A stretch of DNA of 62,038 nt, filler included, from Choristocarpus tenellus KU-1152 (taxonomy: Eukaryota > Protista > Phaeophyceae), in assembly GCA_964200185.2 (NCBI GenBank). It is 13 parts of 13 records of this genome, joined end to end, with 100 filler letters (N's around TTAATTAATTAA, not from the genome) between each part and the next. Parts side by side here need not be neighbours in the genome. Positions count along the whole stretch, not along the records: positions 47,435 to 52,963 come from CAXNAD020010513.1; positions 53,064 to 56,543 come from CAXNAD020019748.1; positions 56,644 to 62,038 come from CAXNAD020010926.1; 10 more parts are not named here. One strand, 5' to 3'. Position numbers and translations under genes: made by a program. Each line of letters begins with the position of its first letter. Positions within the stretch are counted from its first letter, which is position 1. This document shows positions 49,749 to 62,016 of this stretch, one piece after another. Below the pieces are notes generated by a model that ran no database searches, was not told the DNA's origin, and saw nothing but the letters and a program-made list of their open reading frames with translations.

Positions 49749-52016
49749 ATGAAGGAAAGGGATGAGCTGTTTGGGTCAATTGGTAAGACCGTGAACCATA
49801 GTACGAGAAATTCTGACCAAGGGTCTCGGGTCAATGGTGCAGCGTCAGGATGGGACGCGGCTGCCAATTTTTCTTCGGGAAAGGAACAATCCCTGTCGTG
49901 GACTGAGGTGCGATCGAAGGTGGACATGGAGAAGCACCACCAAGGACTGCGATCAGCTTACGAGTCAGTTGAGATTGGTCAGAGGACACTGGAGAGCCTT
50001 GAGGATCAGCAAGGTGGAGATGGAGTCATCGCAAACGGATCAAACAGATAGTGTGCCTCGACTAAAGCGTGAGTGTAGTCCCAGAGCAAGCTTAGCGGAT
50101 AACTCCCGTAGCTGGCTCAATACAACCACAATCTGTCTAACATTTCGCCTCTAATGTGCCGAACTCACTGGTTGTATCGCCGGTTACACCTACTTGCACA
50201 GAGCGCCTCGAACGCTCTGAGGTGGTCCTAGATTCTACCCGTTACATTGTGGAAAGGAGCGCGCGCGCCCTAAGGGGTATGACGTTTTGGGGAAAAATAC
50301 AAAACGTTTTTTCAGACGAACCGCAGGTAAGACGTGTTGCGCTGTTGTAGGACACTCTTGAATGAGGAGCGTAAGCAAACATCATTTTGGTCTAAACATC
50401 TGCTTTGAGTGATTTAAATAGAAGGTCATATTCACTCCAAGCCTTTTCAGTACCAGAGTCCAAGCGCTTAGTACAGGTGTCCATGTAAATAGGAAAGTTG
50501 TTGTCTGTTGTGGTTGCAGACTCCATCCAAAATCCTATCTGCTTTCGAATCATCTGGATGAAATCTAAGTACCACTCCAAAATTTTCTTTAACCCCTGCC
50601 TTCAAGATACCGCAATCGTACCGAGGGGGTGCTAGACAAACAGATCGGGTTGGAGGGGGTGGCGAACATACGGAAGCCATCCCAAATGAGAAGGAGGACG
50701 AGAAATTAGAGGGCTTCATTTGTCCTGAGTGTCGGAAGAAGTTTGACACACCTGAGATTCTTATGAGGCACTTCGATCTAGCTCATAAAAATGGTGACCC
50801 TGTAGCAGGGGCAGGAGTGGGAACAAGATCAGGGAGCAGGGATAGAGAAACACGTCCCAACCATCATACTGCAACCTCTGGGGTAGGCTTTGGACATGAG
50901 AACGGAGATGCAATACTAAAGGGACCGAAAGGCAGTTTTTCCAGAGTGGGGAATGCTGTGGAAGGGTCGAGGAGTGGGGACAGGACACAGTTAGCTGTGA
51001 GGAGAGAATATCATAGGCCACAGAGTGAACAGCGAGGTGATCCTGACCCTGAGGTGCCTCTAAGGGAGCAGCTCTTTGGGAATGCCGCTGTAGGTAGAAG
51101 AGATTGTGGAGAGGCCAGGAGTGGAGAAAGGGGATCATTCCCTTCTGTGTTAGCTGAGCAAAGGGAGGTGATGCGTGCCCAAGACGAACATCTGGATGCT
51201 GTTGCCCAAGCAGTAAGAGAACTAGGCCTGTTGGGACGAAACATTGGTGCAAGCCTTGAGGAGCAAGGGGAAGTCCTGGGGAGGGTGGAGGAAAAGACAG
51301 AGGCCACAGCGGATCGAACAGCGTTGGTCACACGAAAGGCTGCCCGCCAGACTCAGCGTACAAAGTCAAAGAAGCCCTCCTTTGTCCGGAGCGTTGCGCT
51401 TCAGGTCAGTGAAGGAGGAATGGAGAAAGTTATGCTGACTATATGCTTGTGTGCATGTCACAGTGACAGCTTGTTTCCTCTCCTCTGAATGTCTTGTATA
51501 CCCTTTCTGCACCAAGTGTGCACCCTGCTGATCTATATATGCAGCTCGAGCGGCCTTCGCTGGCCAAGGGTGTTGGCTTGCATGACCTCTCTGAAGCAGA
51601 AGGGTGTTTGAGGTCTTGATGCACAGTGTTGTTGCGCTTAGAGGATGTTGCAATTGAACTGCCCGAATTCACGAATATACGTTCAATAACTTTCCTCATC
51701 TGGTGGCGCTGAATCATGTACGATAGTCCTTTGGAGTTTTGCCCAACATCCCTGCAATTCTTTCACTGGACGTGTTGGATTCCTATGCCACTGCGGATTA
51801 GATGAGGTGGTTGCACCGATGCTCCTTCGCAGTTAAAGATCTCTCATCTCAACCTGTTTGAAAAGCCTTTCATCAGTTCCCCATTGCCCCTCTACCAATC
51901 CTGACCCCCTTAAGGAAGTGGAGACAGGACTGTTTTTGACGGTTACAGGGGAGGAGGTCCTCCTCCAGGAAGAGGAGCTACGGAATGTATGCCGCTTTGA
52001 TGTGTGGCAGAGGCAG
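49749..52016 (+). CDS. SNAP-25-like Qbc-SNARE with internal C2H2 zinc finger and C-terminal extension (3' incomplete)
   Basis: Exons 49749-50013, 50202-50326, 50607-51404 and 51915-52016. Qb helix ESVEIGQRTLESLEDQQERLERSE..SARALRGMTFWG; Qc helix QDEHLDAVAQAVRELGLLGRNIGASLEEQGEVLGRVEEK; finger EGFICPECRKKFDTPEILMRHFDLAH. Confidence 0.85.
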
Positions 52017-52562
52017 GCGAGTCAGGGATCCAACGGGAGTTCTGGAGTATCAGGATGGTCAACGTTTGTTTTGTACTGTGGTGTCCAATGCCTTAGCCCA
52101 CCTTTGAGCGAGATATTGTGCTAATTTTTTTGGTAATGAAACATGCTATGCCCCTAAATACCTGCTTTTGTGCATTTCCCCTTAAACTGTTGGAGAGATC
52201 GCTCCTCGAAATTTCTACCATATGTACCAAATAGTCAGACCTGCAACCATTTCTTTAAATCGGGAAGAGTGGGCCTGTACTTTGCCCCCGCAAAGGTTGC
52301 AACCACATTTGACAGGGAGGTTGTGGCATCCTCAAGCCTAGCGTACGAGTTCCTTCACGAGGGACTTATCCTCTTAACTGTCTTCTTCTTCATCCCCGTG
52401 CTCACCTTTATTAATGGACAAACAGTTTTCATTGTCAGCACAATATAACTTGGAGTGGAGTTGTATGTTACCATAGAATAGTAGGCGTGTGGAAGAGTGG
52501 ATTTTGACGGCTGTTGCGCACGTGCTTTTCAGTTAAAAAAAAAAGAAGAGGTTTCTGGCTCT

Positions 52563-52831
52563 GAGTCATCCTATCTTAAAGGGGGGTGATGTGGTCGGTG
52601 TATTTGGGGTGCTTGCCACTGCCTTCTGGTACATGTGCTTCTAGCACTCTGGAGGGCAATTTCGAGCTCAAGAGGACAATTTTCTATTGTCCTCTCCGCA
52701 GCCCCAGCCTTCTGAGGGAGGTTATCTGCACCTCAGGCATGGGGATGGGGTGTTCATTAGACAGGACTTCAAAAGTCCCTAACTACTAGAAAGGGCCCAA
52801 GGAGACCCTCGTCTAAGATAGGATGAATTTC
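52563..52831 (+). mobile_element. MITE family C
   Basis: TIR core TCATCCTATCTTA / TAAGATAGGATGA; ~270 bp; second copy at ~23625-23887. Confidence 0.7.
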
Positions 52832-53149
52832 GCCTCCGCTGTGCACCCTATTGTGTATTCTGCGCCTTTTTATGTTGTGCCTATTATTGATAGGAGAAGG
52901 GGGGGGGGCACATCTGTGTTGACAGGATGAGCCTCCAACTCCCGAAAGATCGTATGTCAGGGCNNNNNNNNNNNNNNNNNNNNNNNNNNNNNNNNNNNNN
53001 NNNNNNNTTAATTAATTAANNNNNNNNNNNNNNNNNNNNNNNNNNNNNNNNNNNNNNNNNNNNGCCCTTCCGGTCGGGGCTGCTTGGGTAGACGGGGGGG
53101 AGGGGGGGGGGGGGTCAGAGGGGATAGGTATAGACCAGGGATTAGATTA

Positions 53150-53800
53150 TCAGCGGAAGGATAGTGGTGCCAAGTATGACAGCCCATGAGGGTGGTCAGA
53201 GAGTACAGAGTGCGTCAAGAAGGATATCAATGGAAGGGGGATGAAAAGAGAGGGGGAGAGTATACCAATCATCGTGTGAGAATGGTTGGGGAAGGTAGGG
53301 AATGCCGGTGTAGGGGTACCAAAGATATGGAACAGATAAAGGATCAAGTACCATGAAGATGAGACATCAAGTCTGCAGTGCATTGGTTTTTAGAGTAGGT
53401 ACCATCAGAGACTAAGATTTCAGCAATCCACTACTTCCGCTAATAATTTCCTAGCATCAAACTTCCCACAGCACACCACGATTTCCACAGGGTCAAAGGT
53501 ATGGGGAGAAGTCACACAAAAACAGGCAGTCAGCCTAAAAGGAGGAAACCCCTGACATGGAGAATGAGTATAGAAATATTGCACTGTACAAAATTGTTAG
53601 GAAGGGAGGGTAAATTTGACTAGGGTAGGATTGAGGTCCTCTTTCGTTTCGTAGCAAGAGCGTTGGAGCTTTGGGCGTATGATAAGGGGAAGGGGGGGGT
53701 GATCGGAGATTTTACTGTGAGGAGAAAAGTAGTATAGAGGAAAGGGGTAGAAAGACTAGGGTGGGAGGAGAGGCACAAAAAAGAAAATGTCGAGGTGATA
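53150..53800 (-). mobile_element. Degenerate non-LTR (LINE) endonuclease-like remnant
   Basis: CRLDV...SVLSDH resembles the APE endonuclease C-terminal RLD...SDH motif; frame-broken and pyrimidine-rich on the minus strand. Confidence 0.3.
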
Positions 53801-54644
53801 TTCAGGGGGTCAAAGGGGAACCAGGGCAGGAAGGGAGCAGTGTTGAAAGGAGTCAGAGTGGAGGAGGGAAGAGGGGAAGGGAGTAGGGGGGGGTTCTGAG
53901 GTGGTACTAGCAATTATGGAAGGTTTCCCAGAGCTACCCCCGGATGCCCCACTGATGGCATTGGGGAAGGGAGAAAGGTGGAGGGTAGTGACGAGGGGGC
54001 AAGTAACATGTAGCCTGAGAAGAATATGCTCAGCATTCAGGGGGGATAGGGGGAGCCACCAGGCTGGCAATCTGGGGATTTTTAGAGATGGTAATTCAGA
54101 GGGAGGGGAGATGGAAGTCAATTGCGTTCATGGTATATGTCAGGGTCAGCCAGAGGGACTCGGTGTGGGTTTCAATGGGTCTGGCAGAGAGTAGTAAGGG
54201 TTGGGTTCAACCAGAGCAGGACTTATAGTTTGATCTAGAAGAAATCGACCCTGAAGGGAGGGGAGATCAAGTTCGGGGGGGGTAGATGTCTTCTAGCTCA
54301 AAGGCACAGTATGAAGGGGATGATGAATGGAGGTTCTTGGATGATTGTGGAGTGGTGTTGAATGGTGTGGTGGAGTGGTAAGTGGGGTGGGGTTGACTGG
54401 AGTGTTTAGGTTAAGTGGGGTTGAATAGGGTTGAAAGGGGTGGTAGAGACCGGAAATCAGTGGCGAAAGGGGTTCGCCCTGGTTGGTCAGCAGATATAGG
54501 TAGGGGGTGACTGGAAATCAGTGGCGAAGAGGTCGCACTGGTTGGTCACAAGGGTTGTTAGAATGTGGGGAGAAAAGGGAACAGGGAGGAATACAAATAT
54601 AGAATAAAATAATAATAATCCAGAATTCGTGAGCAAAACAAAAC

Positions 54645-55065
54645 CTTCGGAGTAGGTAAAATGTATACGTTTTGAAAAGGTGTGTCTGGAACAAGGATAT
54701 TGACAAATCCTAGCAAAGAGTGAAGTATCTTAGAGGGTACGAGTTTTGCCCTGTTAGTCCATTTGAGGCTTGGCTTCCCATGTTTTTTCTTGTTATGACA
54801 TTTTCCTACTCCGAAATACTTTGGAGTACGTAAAATGTATGTTAAGAAAAGGTGTGTTCGGAACAAGGACACTGACACTTCCTGACAAACAGGATAGTCA
54901 AAATTTAATCAAAATCGCAATATTGGATTTTGGTCGCCAAATGGACGCGCCCCTACCCTCTAAGATACTTAGGCTCAAACATGATAGCCAAAATTGCATC
55001 GAAATAGGAACACTAGATTTTGTCTCCAAATGGACGCGGCTCTACCCTTTAAAATACTCTGACTC
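54645..55065 (-). mobile_element. Nested MITE family A (inner copy 54718-54976 in an outer truncated copy)
   Basis: The outer copy is split at ..TAGCAAA|inner|AAACATGATAGCC; AAA is duplicated. Confidence 0.93.
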
Positions 55066-55727
55066 TTAGGTTATGATTGATTGCTGGAGCAGAGGCTCAC
55101 CTTGTTGAGGGGTCTCACTCCTTGTCCCTGACCTTACTGCAACTACAATCAATACAATTATGTACACAACGCCTGGGAAACAGAAGCTTCCTAACTTAAT
55201 GACGGAGATTCTGCTAATCATGTATCACATGATGCACCAGCCATTTACTCCTTTTCTATCTAGATAGGTGGATTCCACAAGGTATAATGCGCCTTGGGTG
55301 GCGCCCCCTTCTTCAGTTGACCCCATTTCAGAGGAACCGAACTCACAAGCCCACAACATCAAATTCATAACCACATCATTCGAGATCATCCTATTATATC
55401 AACTGCATCACATATACTGTTAGACAAAAAGGGAGGGTCCATTCATCATGTGTACATGCCGATGAAATAAAATTATGCCCTCTAAAAGGCTACTGAGTAG
55501 TCTGGAGTATGGATCTCAAGTAATCCCAATCCTAATCTTTCCCTAATATGGAAAAGTATGTAAGCCCAAATAAATAGCATGTAACAAAACGCCAATATTA
55601 CATCTGAAAGTGAGCCCGCCCTGCATAGAGAAAATGCAACAGATACGCAATGCTTGAAAGAACCAAATACTACGACTGGCCAAACTCAATTGTCATTCGT
55701 CCTGACCTCCACATTCCTTTCCCTCAA

Positions 55728-56012
55728 TCATTTCAGCGTATCCCCTGCCATACGCATCCTCCCTGTTACCACAGGTGCCAACTGATCACTTGAAAGCTCA
55801 TCCTTACACTCCTCCATTGCACCCATGCCCACTCCTTCCTTCTCTGCATTTTCCATTTGAGACTTCAAGTCCCACTCTGTGTTCCCCGCACCAGTCGACC
55901 CTGCAACAACTACCAAAATATTCTCAGCTTTGCACTCTTCCTTTTCCCATTTTTTTTCCTCTGCTACTGTGTCCGGCTTCCCCGTCTGGTTCCTCGCTGG
56001 CTGCACATGCTC
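55728..56012 (-). CDS. Possible isolated low-complexity exon
   Basis: Open Glu/Lys-rich frame after a pyrimidine tract and AAG acceptor; no recognisable domain. Confidence 0.25.
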   Translation of the reverse strand, partial: EHVQPARNQTGKPDTVAEEKKWEKEECKAENILVVVAGSTGAGNTEWDLKSQMENAEKEGVGMGAMEECKDELSSDQLAPVVTGRMRMAGDTLK

Positions 56013-56659
56013 CTTAGGGAGGGAGAGATGGAGAGTTGATTAATAGACATATAGATAGTGTAAAATATCATGATCACATTGCAAAATGATAAAGAGCATT
56101 CCCCTGAAGCTTGGAGCGAACGTGGACATGCCACGAAAAGAGTTGCTTCAACATTTCCTTTTCTTACTCCCAAGCGGAGGCTAGTTTCGGTATTGAAGCA
56201 ACTGCTAAGAAGAGCTAACCAAATGTAGGAGATCCAGTTATTCCGACAACTAGGCGCCAAGTATAAGTCCAAGAATTTAGGTACGTTTTGTACTGTATTG
56301 CTGAATTTTTTCAGAGTTTTACAATCTATACATCAAATACCTATTTCAATGCCCCACGATATGATTTCCTGCACGCATCTCCATATTGATGGACTAGTCT
56401 ATCGTGTAAGCATTGTTACCTTCAGTGTGAAGTACTGAAGATGGAAGCAATGGTGTAGAGTGATGCAGGGGGGGGGGGGGGGGGGGGGAAGAAAAAACGC
56501 CACGGTAAAAAAAAAAAAAAAAAAAAAGGGAAAACACATTACCNNNNNNNNNNNNNNNNNNNNNNNNNNNNNNNNNNNNNNNNNNNNTTAATTAATTAAN
56601 NNNNNNNNNNNNNNNNNNNNNNNNNNNNNNNNNNNNNNNNNNNTGGTGGTTTGTGGTGT

Positions 56660-56836
56660 GGGTGGGGGGGGGGGGGGGGGGGGGTTCTACACCAGGGTGT
56701 CCATTTGGACCCTGACCAGGAGAAGTGCACTTAAATTATCAATCTGATGCATGCAACCAAATTACCCAAAAACAGCAAGATGGAAAAATGGGCCCCAAAT
56801 GGACAGCTGCCACCCCCCCCAGATACTTTAAGCCTC
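56660..56836. mobile_element. MITE family B, near-complete copy
   Basis: G-run CTACACCAGGGTGTCCATTTGG...CCAAATGGACAGCTGCCA C-run AGATACTTTAAGCCTC. Confidence 0.82.
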
Positions 56837-57899
56837 GTATCCATCCACTCCTGTCACTTCTAATTGTACTACTGGTTGTGGTATTTCTCAACAAAAGTAC
56901 AAATAGTGGGAATACCTTCCTTGTGTGACGAGAGGGAGGCATAGCATCACACTGCCTGCACACCCGGATGCTATTTGCAGACGACTACATGCTTCCCCTC
57001 AAAGTCCTTGAGTGTAGCACAAGGCATGGGTACACACGCACACAACCATCACATGCTGAGCCTATTTTGGTTGGTCTCCTCACCAGCCACAGTCTGCCTT
57101 GGTGAAAGAAATTGTCGATTTTGTTCCAACTCAGATATTAAAATTGAAGTCTCATTCTTACACTAAAAGAAAAGCAGTGTGTGATAGCCAAAAGTTGAGC
57201 CCGAGTTCAAGAAATTCTGAGGTTTAAGTGGTAGTGGCAGCGAAGTTGGTTGTAAGACATTTATTATTGTTCCTGTGTTTTGGTGACACATGATGATGAT
57301 TTCTAGTCAAGGTCTTTTTGAGCAGTCTTCTGCAGCTTTCCTTACAACTCCCACACATTGATGGAATGCGCATAGAATTGCCAAAACTAACTGAAACAAC
57401 ATCTGCTGCCTGTGATCCAACAACAAATCACTGGTACTCTACTGTAGGAACAGTCAAGACATGATGTAGGCACAACTCTGGGACATTCATCCACCCCTCT
57501 GATTGAGTCCAGATAACTGCCTTCACAGACTGGTCTTCTCACAGAGTACAGTATTAATAGTGCTCTTGCTCATCACTTTTCGATCAACCACACAAATAAT
57601 AGAAAATAATATAACTGCAATACAAACATATAGAAAAAAAAATGACAATAATAATATCAAGAAAATGCTTCCTCGATATGCTACCACGATGCCACAAGCT
57701 CATCAAGGAAGGACCATCCATACCCAGACTTCTTCAGTGTCGGTACACCCCCACCAAGCATGCACCCTACCTCTCATCCCCTCTCTTCCCAAAGCTAGTA
57801 CTTTCATTAGGCATCCTAGTCATACGAGCTTCGCTCACCCTGCCTAGGCCTCACGGGTAGATGTGGGCAAGGCAGGTGGCTGCCCAAGTGCCCGATTAA

Positions 57900-59050
57900 C
57901 CACAGCATATCCAACACACACATACTGACACACTAATAATTTGGTACAGTAATACAATACTGATGAAGGCTGAGGGCATACCCCTTCTACAATTGATTAT
58001 TTTTCCAGGACTTCTCTCAAAGCCACCTGCCAACAAACAGTACACCAACTGGAAAAAAGCCAAAACACATGGTCCAGTTTAATCAATCTCCTCTATCTTA
58101 CTGTTGTGTGCATTGCATATTCACTATGCCTGGCCTCCATCCAACATGTACCCACAATACATTCTTATATGCTTACAGTAGTGTGTACTAATAGCCACTT
58201 TCAAATGTGATACATTCCCACTGGTGTAGCCAGCGGAACAAGAGCGACAGGGGGTCGACAAAAAATGCTGACGGAAGACATGGCCACTGGGTGGACAGCT
58301 TGAAGCATGCACAACATATAAACAACTTTTGAAGTGGCAGATAGGCACCTGAACGGACGTGCAGGCACCTCAATGAACACCTTGCGTACACTATGAGTAG
58401 TACATGACCAGCAACAGTAGGGAAACAGGAAATTCCTTGCTGAGTCAGAAGCACTGCAAACAGAGAGGGTAAAAACCTCCAGGTGGGGGGCCCCTCCTCA
58501 CATTCGAAAGGGCAACATGGCACACCCACAATGACAGCATTACACAAATCGGCTCTTCGCCTCGACGTCTTTCTTTGGAGATTGAGCAGAGGAGCTACTT
58601 CAAAATCAACAAACTCTAACCCAAAAACATGCCATTTCCTTCACACTGCAATAGAACTCTTGAAAGGGTGGGCGGTCAAATTGCACACATGCCAGGTACA
58701 TTCTCATCCCCCAAGAAGAGAGAGGCTTGCCCCGGAAAGGTGACATTCACCCAAAGGGGCAAAGGGAAAGCCTACTATTGAAGGTTCTCTATTTGGTGAG
58801 TGGCGAGAGTTGGTGGATTTGAGATCAAATCGAATCACACAGAACTACAGCAAGACACAGCATATACTTCACATATCCAGCAGGGTGGAACACATTCCAA
58901 AAACCTTGTACTGGGCAAATGCCCGCAATATTGGATGGCTGCATGCTTTTCAGTCAAAGCAGATGAAGTGTGAGCAAATGCCAGGGCTTATTCCTTGTGC
59001 TATTGCACATCAACCAGTCCCACAATAGCAATAATATCTCTGGTAGTGGA
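57900..59050 (-). mobile_element. Degenerate non-LTR (LINE) reverse-transcriptase remnant
   Basis: HPILRAFAQYKVF (cf. RPIxLxxxxYKxF) and QWPCLPSAFFVDPLSLLFRWL (cf. QGxPLSPxLF..DPLxRxL); many stops. Confidence 0.4.
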
Positions 59051-59194
59051 TGGTACTGAAGAACACAGTTCTAGTCCCAAACGCCTCCCTAAGCACCCTC
59101 CCTGCAAACAGTGGTGCAAAGATTATTGAAAAAAATTACAGATACTAAAGGTAAGCGGCAGTGTAGCTGCTGGCCAACAGGAGCACATCAAGAC

Positions 59195-62016
59195 TCAGAC
59201 CTCAGGAGCCTGAGGTGCTGTCTTGGGTCTGGTGGGTGCAGAGGGCAGGAAAGGCGTGTGGCTGTCAGTAAGGAGGAGTTGACGGACAGAGGGTACAAGT
59301 GAAATGAGAGTATCTTAGAGGTTATGAGTTTTGCCCTGTTTGTCCATTTGGGGCTTGGCTTCCCACAGCTCTTTAAAATGAATTTTTCCTAATCCAAAAT
59401 GTTTTGGAGTAGGTAAAATGTATATGTTATGAAAAGGTGTGTCCGGAACGTGGATATTGACACTTCCTAACAAACACAATAGCCAAAATTGCAACGCTGG
59501 ATTTTGGCCCCAAATGGATGTGGGTCTACCGTCTAAGATGCATTGACTAATGCATCTTGGCCAAAGGAATGTTAGGCAAGCACGACGGCATGTTGAGGCG
59601 AGAAGCTGTTATGTTTTTGATTATCGATGTGGGATACTCCACAGGAATAGGCATACATACTATGCATACTCAAACCTTGAAACAAGAACAACACAGCACA
59701 GATATTGCACAAGATATTTACTACTTGCTGCAAGGCCCAACCTACAAAGTCCCTGCTCCTCATTGCCCCAGTCATCACTGCCATGATGGTAGTACATGCC
59801 TCAAGTGGGATATGTAACTGAACACTGAATGCTTCACCTTATTACAGTATCAGGATGAGCGAGGGTAAGGGCTTACCTCTTGGTCGGCCTGGAAGGAAGC
59901 TTTCCAATTGGAGTCGCCTCCTTCCCATGCCAGTACGCTCTCCAGGGACCAGGAACTCCGCCAAGGCCAAGTCTTTGAGCCCCCCCAGGCCCAACGAACC
60001 ACTGCAAGCGACGATTAGAGATTTTGTCCCACATTAGGGGATGGAATGCTACACCCTGATTGCTCATCTCCAACACTGCTTCTTCAGTTACTGTGACACG
60101 CTTGGTTTCTTTGACAGTGCTTTTTTCTCCTGATTGATCCTGGAGGGCCTTGTTCATGCCTTCCCCACCACCTACTGCTTTCACTCGCCACTCAAGGGAA
60201 GAAAGGGTGTTGATGTTGCACGGAGAAGCTGGAGTATCAGCAGCAGCAGGAGGAGGAGGAGTGTGAGTATCTCGACTTCCTTTCACTTGCAACAGGTCGT
60301 GGGCACTTGGTTGTGGTGAGCAGGGGGTCTTCAGGGGTTCGATGGCAAGTCCTTTGCCAGACGGTTTGCCCATGAACACCTCTGCAGTTGCTCGTGCGAG
60401 GGCAGTCATACCTCCATCCACCTGCGACATTTTTGTGTAAGCTCTGGGAAGTCAGACTGGGGTATGGGGATGGAAACATTCACTTTGAGGCCGCCGTTTT
60501 TTTCAGGTACTCCAATGGATGCGACGGAAATGCAGGAGCAAGAAAATATGAGAAGATGGGATAGGAAAATGGGGAAGGTGTTACTGGAGAGAGAGGGGAG
60601 CCCACCTGGTATGGAATTTCTTTTGATTTTATGACCCTCCTTACACCACACACACGAAACATTCCAAGTCCAGTGTCGGTAAAATATGATAACATTGCAA
60701 CATTTTTTTTAAATTGTAGCGCATATTGAATTTCCGAACGAGTATCCACTACTCTCCGGTTGTCGTCCCATGCCTTTGAACCCCCCCCCCCATTTAGAGT
60801 GAAAACTGTATCCATTGTTCTCTCTGTGGTCTTCAAGAGCAAGTTTCCTTCAGCCACCTTGGGTGCTGAAGTAAGGCAGTAGACCAGATTGCTTATCTGA
60901 ATTTAGTGCATCGAATGATGCAAGTTGAACTATAGTGTCGATTTGAACTGCTTGAAATTTACCCCATGGAGCATTTGAAAAGCTTTTTCAAATCACATTT
61001 TAATAAATGGTTTTCAATTGTCTGTCGAATCCCCTTCTTAGTTACACCCCCCCCCAAAAGCGAGCATTCGTTCCCATCTTTCAAGGAATGGGAAGAGGGA
61101 CAAGATCAGGATAAAAAAAGAAAAAAGAAACTCAACCCACATTCTCAAGAAAATATCCCAACCAATACCATGAACTCCACACCCCAGAGAAGTGGTCTAT
61201 ATCGAAGCACGTCTATGTTCCATGCCGCTAATCATCAGGTCCTTCTATAGTCACAAGTCACCTGTGTCACTCCAACAACGATGGATATCTCCATTCCCCT
61301 CATACTATCTCTCCCAATAGCAACACAATCCTTGGTACTTCATTAACACTAGCCTTCGTTTCAAGTTCCTCAATGGCAGTCGCAGCAGCCTCAGCAGCAG
61401 CCGCTGAGTCTCTGCCATCACCACCCTCCTGAGAGTTATCCTCCTTCAGCTCTTCACCCTCCTCGAGCTTAACCACTGTCTTCTCCTTTTCCTCCCTCTC
61501 CTCTCTCTTGATCTCCATCTCCTGTTCCTCTTCCTCTCCCACTGCTGCCTTCTTGCTCACTTTCACACACACACCTGTTCCCCACCCATACTTGTCCCGA
61601 TTGTGCAGGCCGCTCTTCCCCCTCACCCGACCCTTCTTACCCGACTTCCCAGATCCACTCAACTGATAGCCATCAGTACTCCTCTCCGAAATCTCCGTAG
61701 TATTCTTCCCACCATCATGGCTGTCACCAGTCCCCTCAAAGAACCAACTTGAGCCCAGAGCATGCCCCACGTCTTCAACACTGCTGCTCCCACCGCCACT
61801 GATCCTACCACTGCTCCTTCCTCCCACTCCTCCATCCCAACCTTGACGGGTGCTTCCACTGTTGTTGCTCGCCTCCTGTCCGCCAGTACTGAAACTGTTG
61901 CCCCTTCCCTTGCTTCTGCTGTCACAAGTTGAATTACGCCCCTTACTCCCTGGTGAGAGCCAGCTCCCTCCCCCCCCCCCCCAACCCCCCCCCCCTTGAC
62001 CCCCTTCCCCACCCAC
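59195..62016 (-). CDS. 3' part of a large gene of unknown function
   Basis: Successive minus-strand exons: long low-complexity exon ending VPRIVLLLGEI; ~60857-60655 (DTRSEIQYALQFKKNVAMLSYFTDTGLGMF); ~60430-60055; ~60003-59877 (ends AG|gtaagc); phase-compatible terminal exon 59261-59195. Confidence 0.55.
59302..59549 (-). mobile_element. MITE family A, intronic
   Basis: Full body with degenerate TIRs. Confidence 0.88.

Noticed and set aside
2942-56643. Recurring TTAATTAATTAA palindrome flanked by Ns as a biological repeat
   Set aside because: Fixed 100-nt artificial concatenation spacer with six-frame stops. The MITE B fragments on either side of the 30834 linker both carry the same end, so the contigs are not joined biologically.
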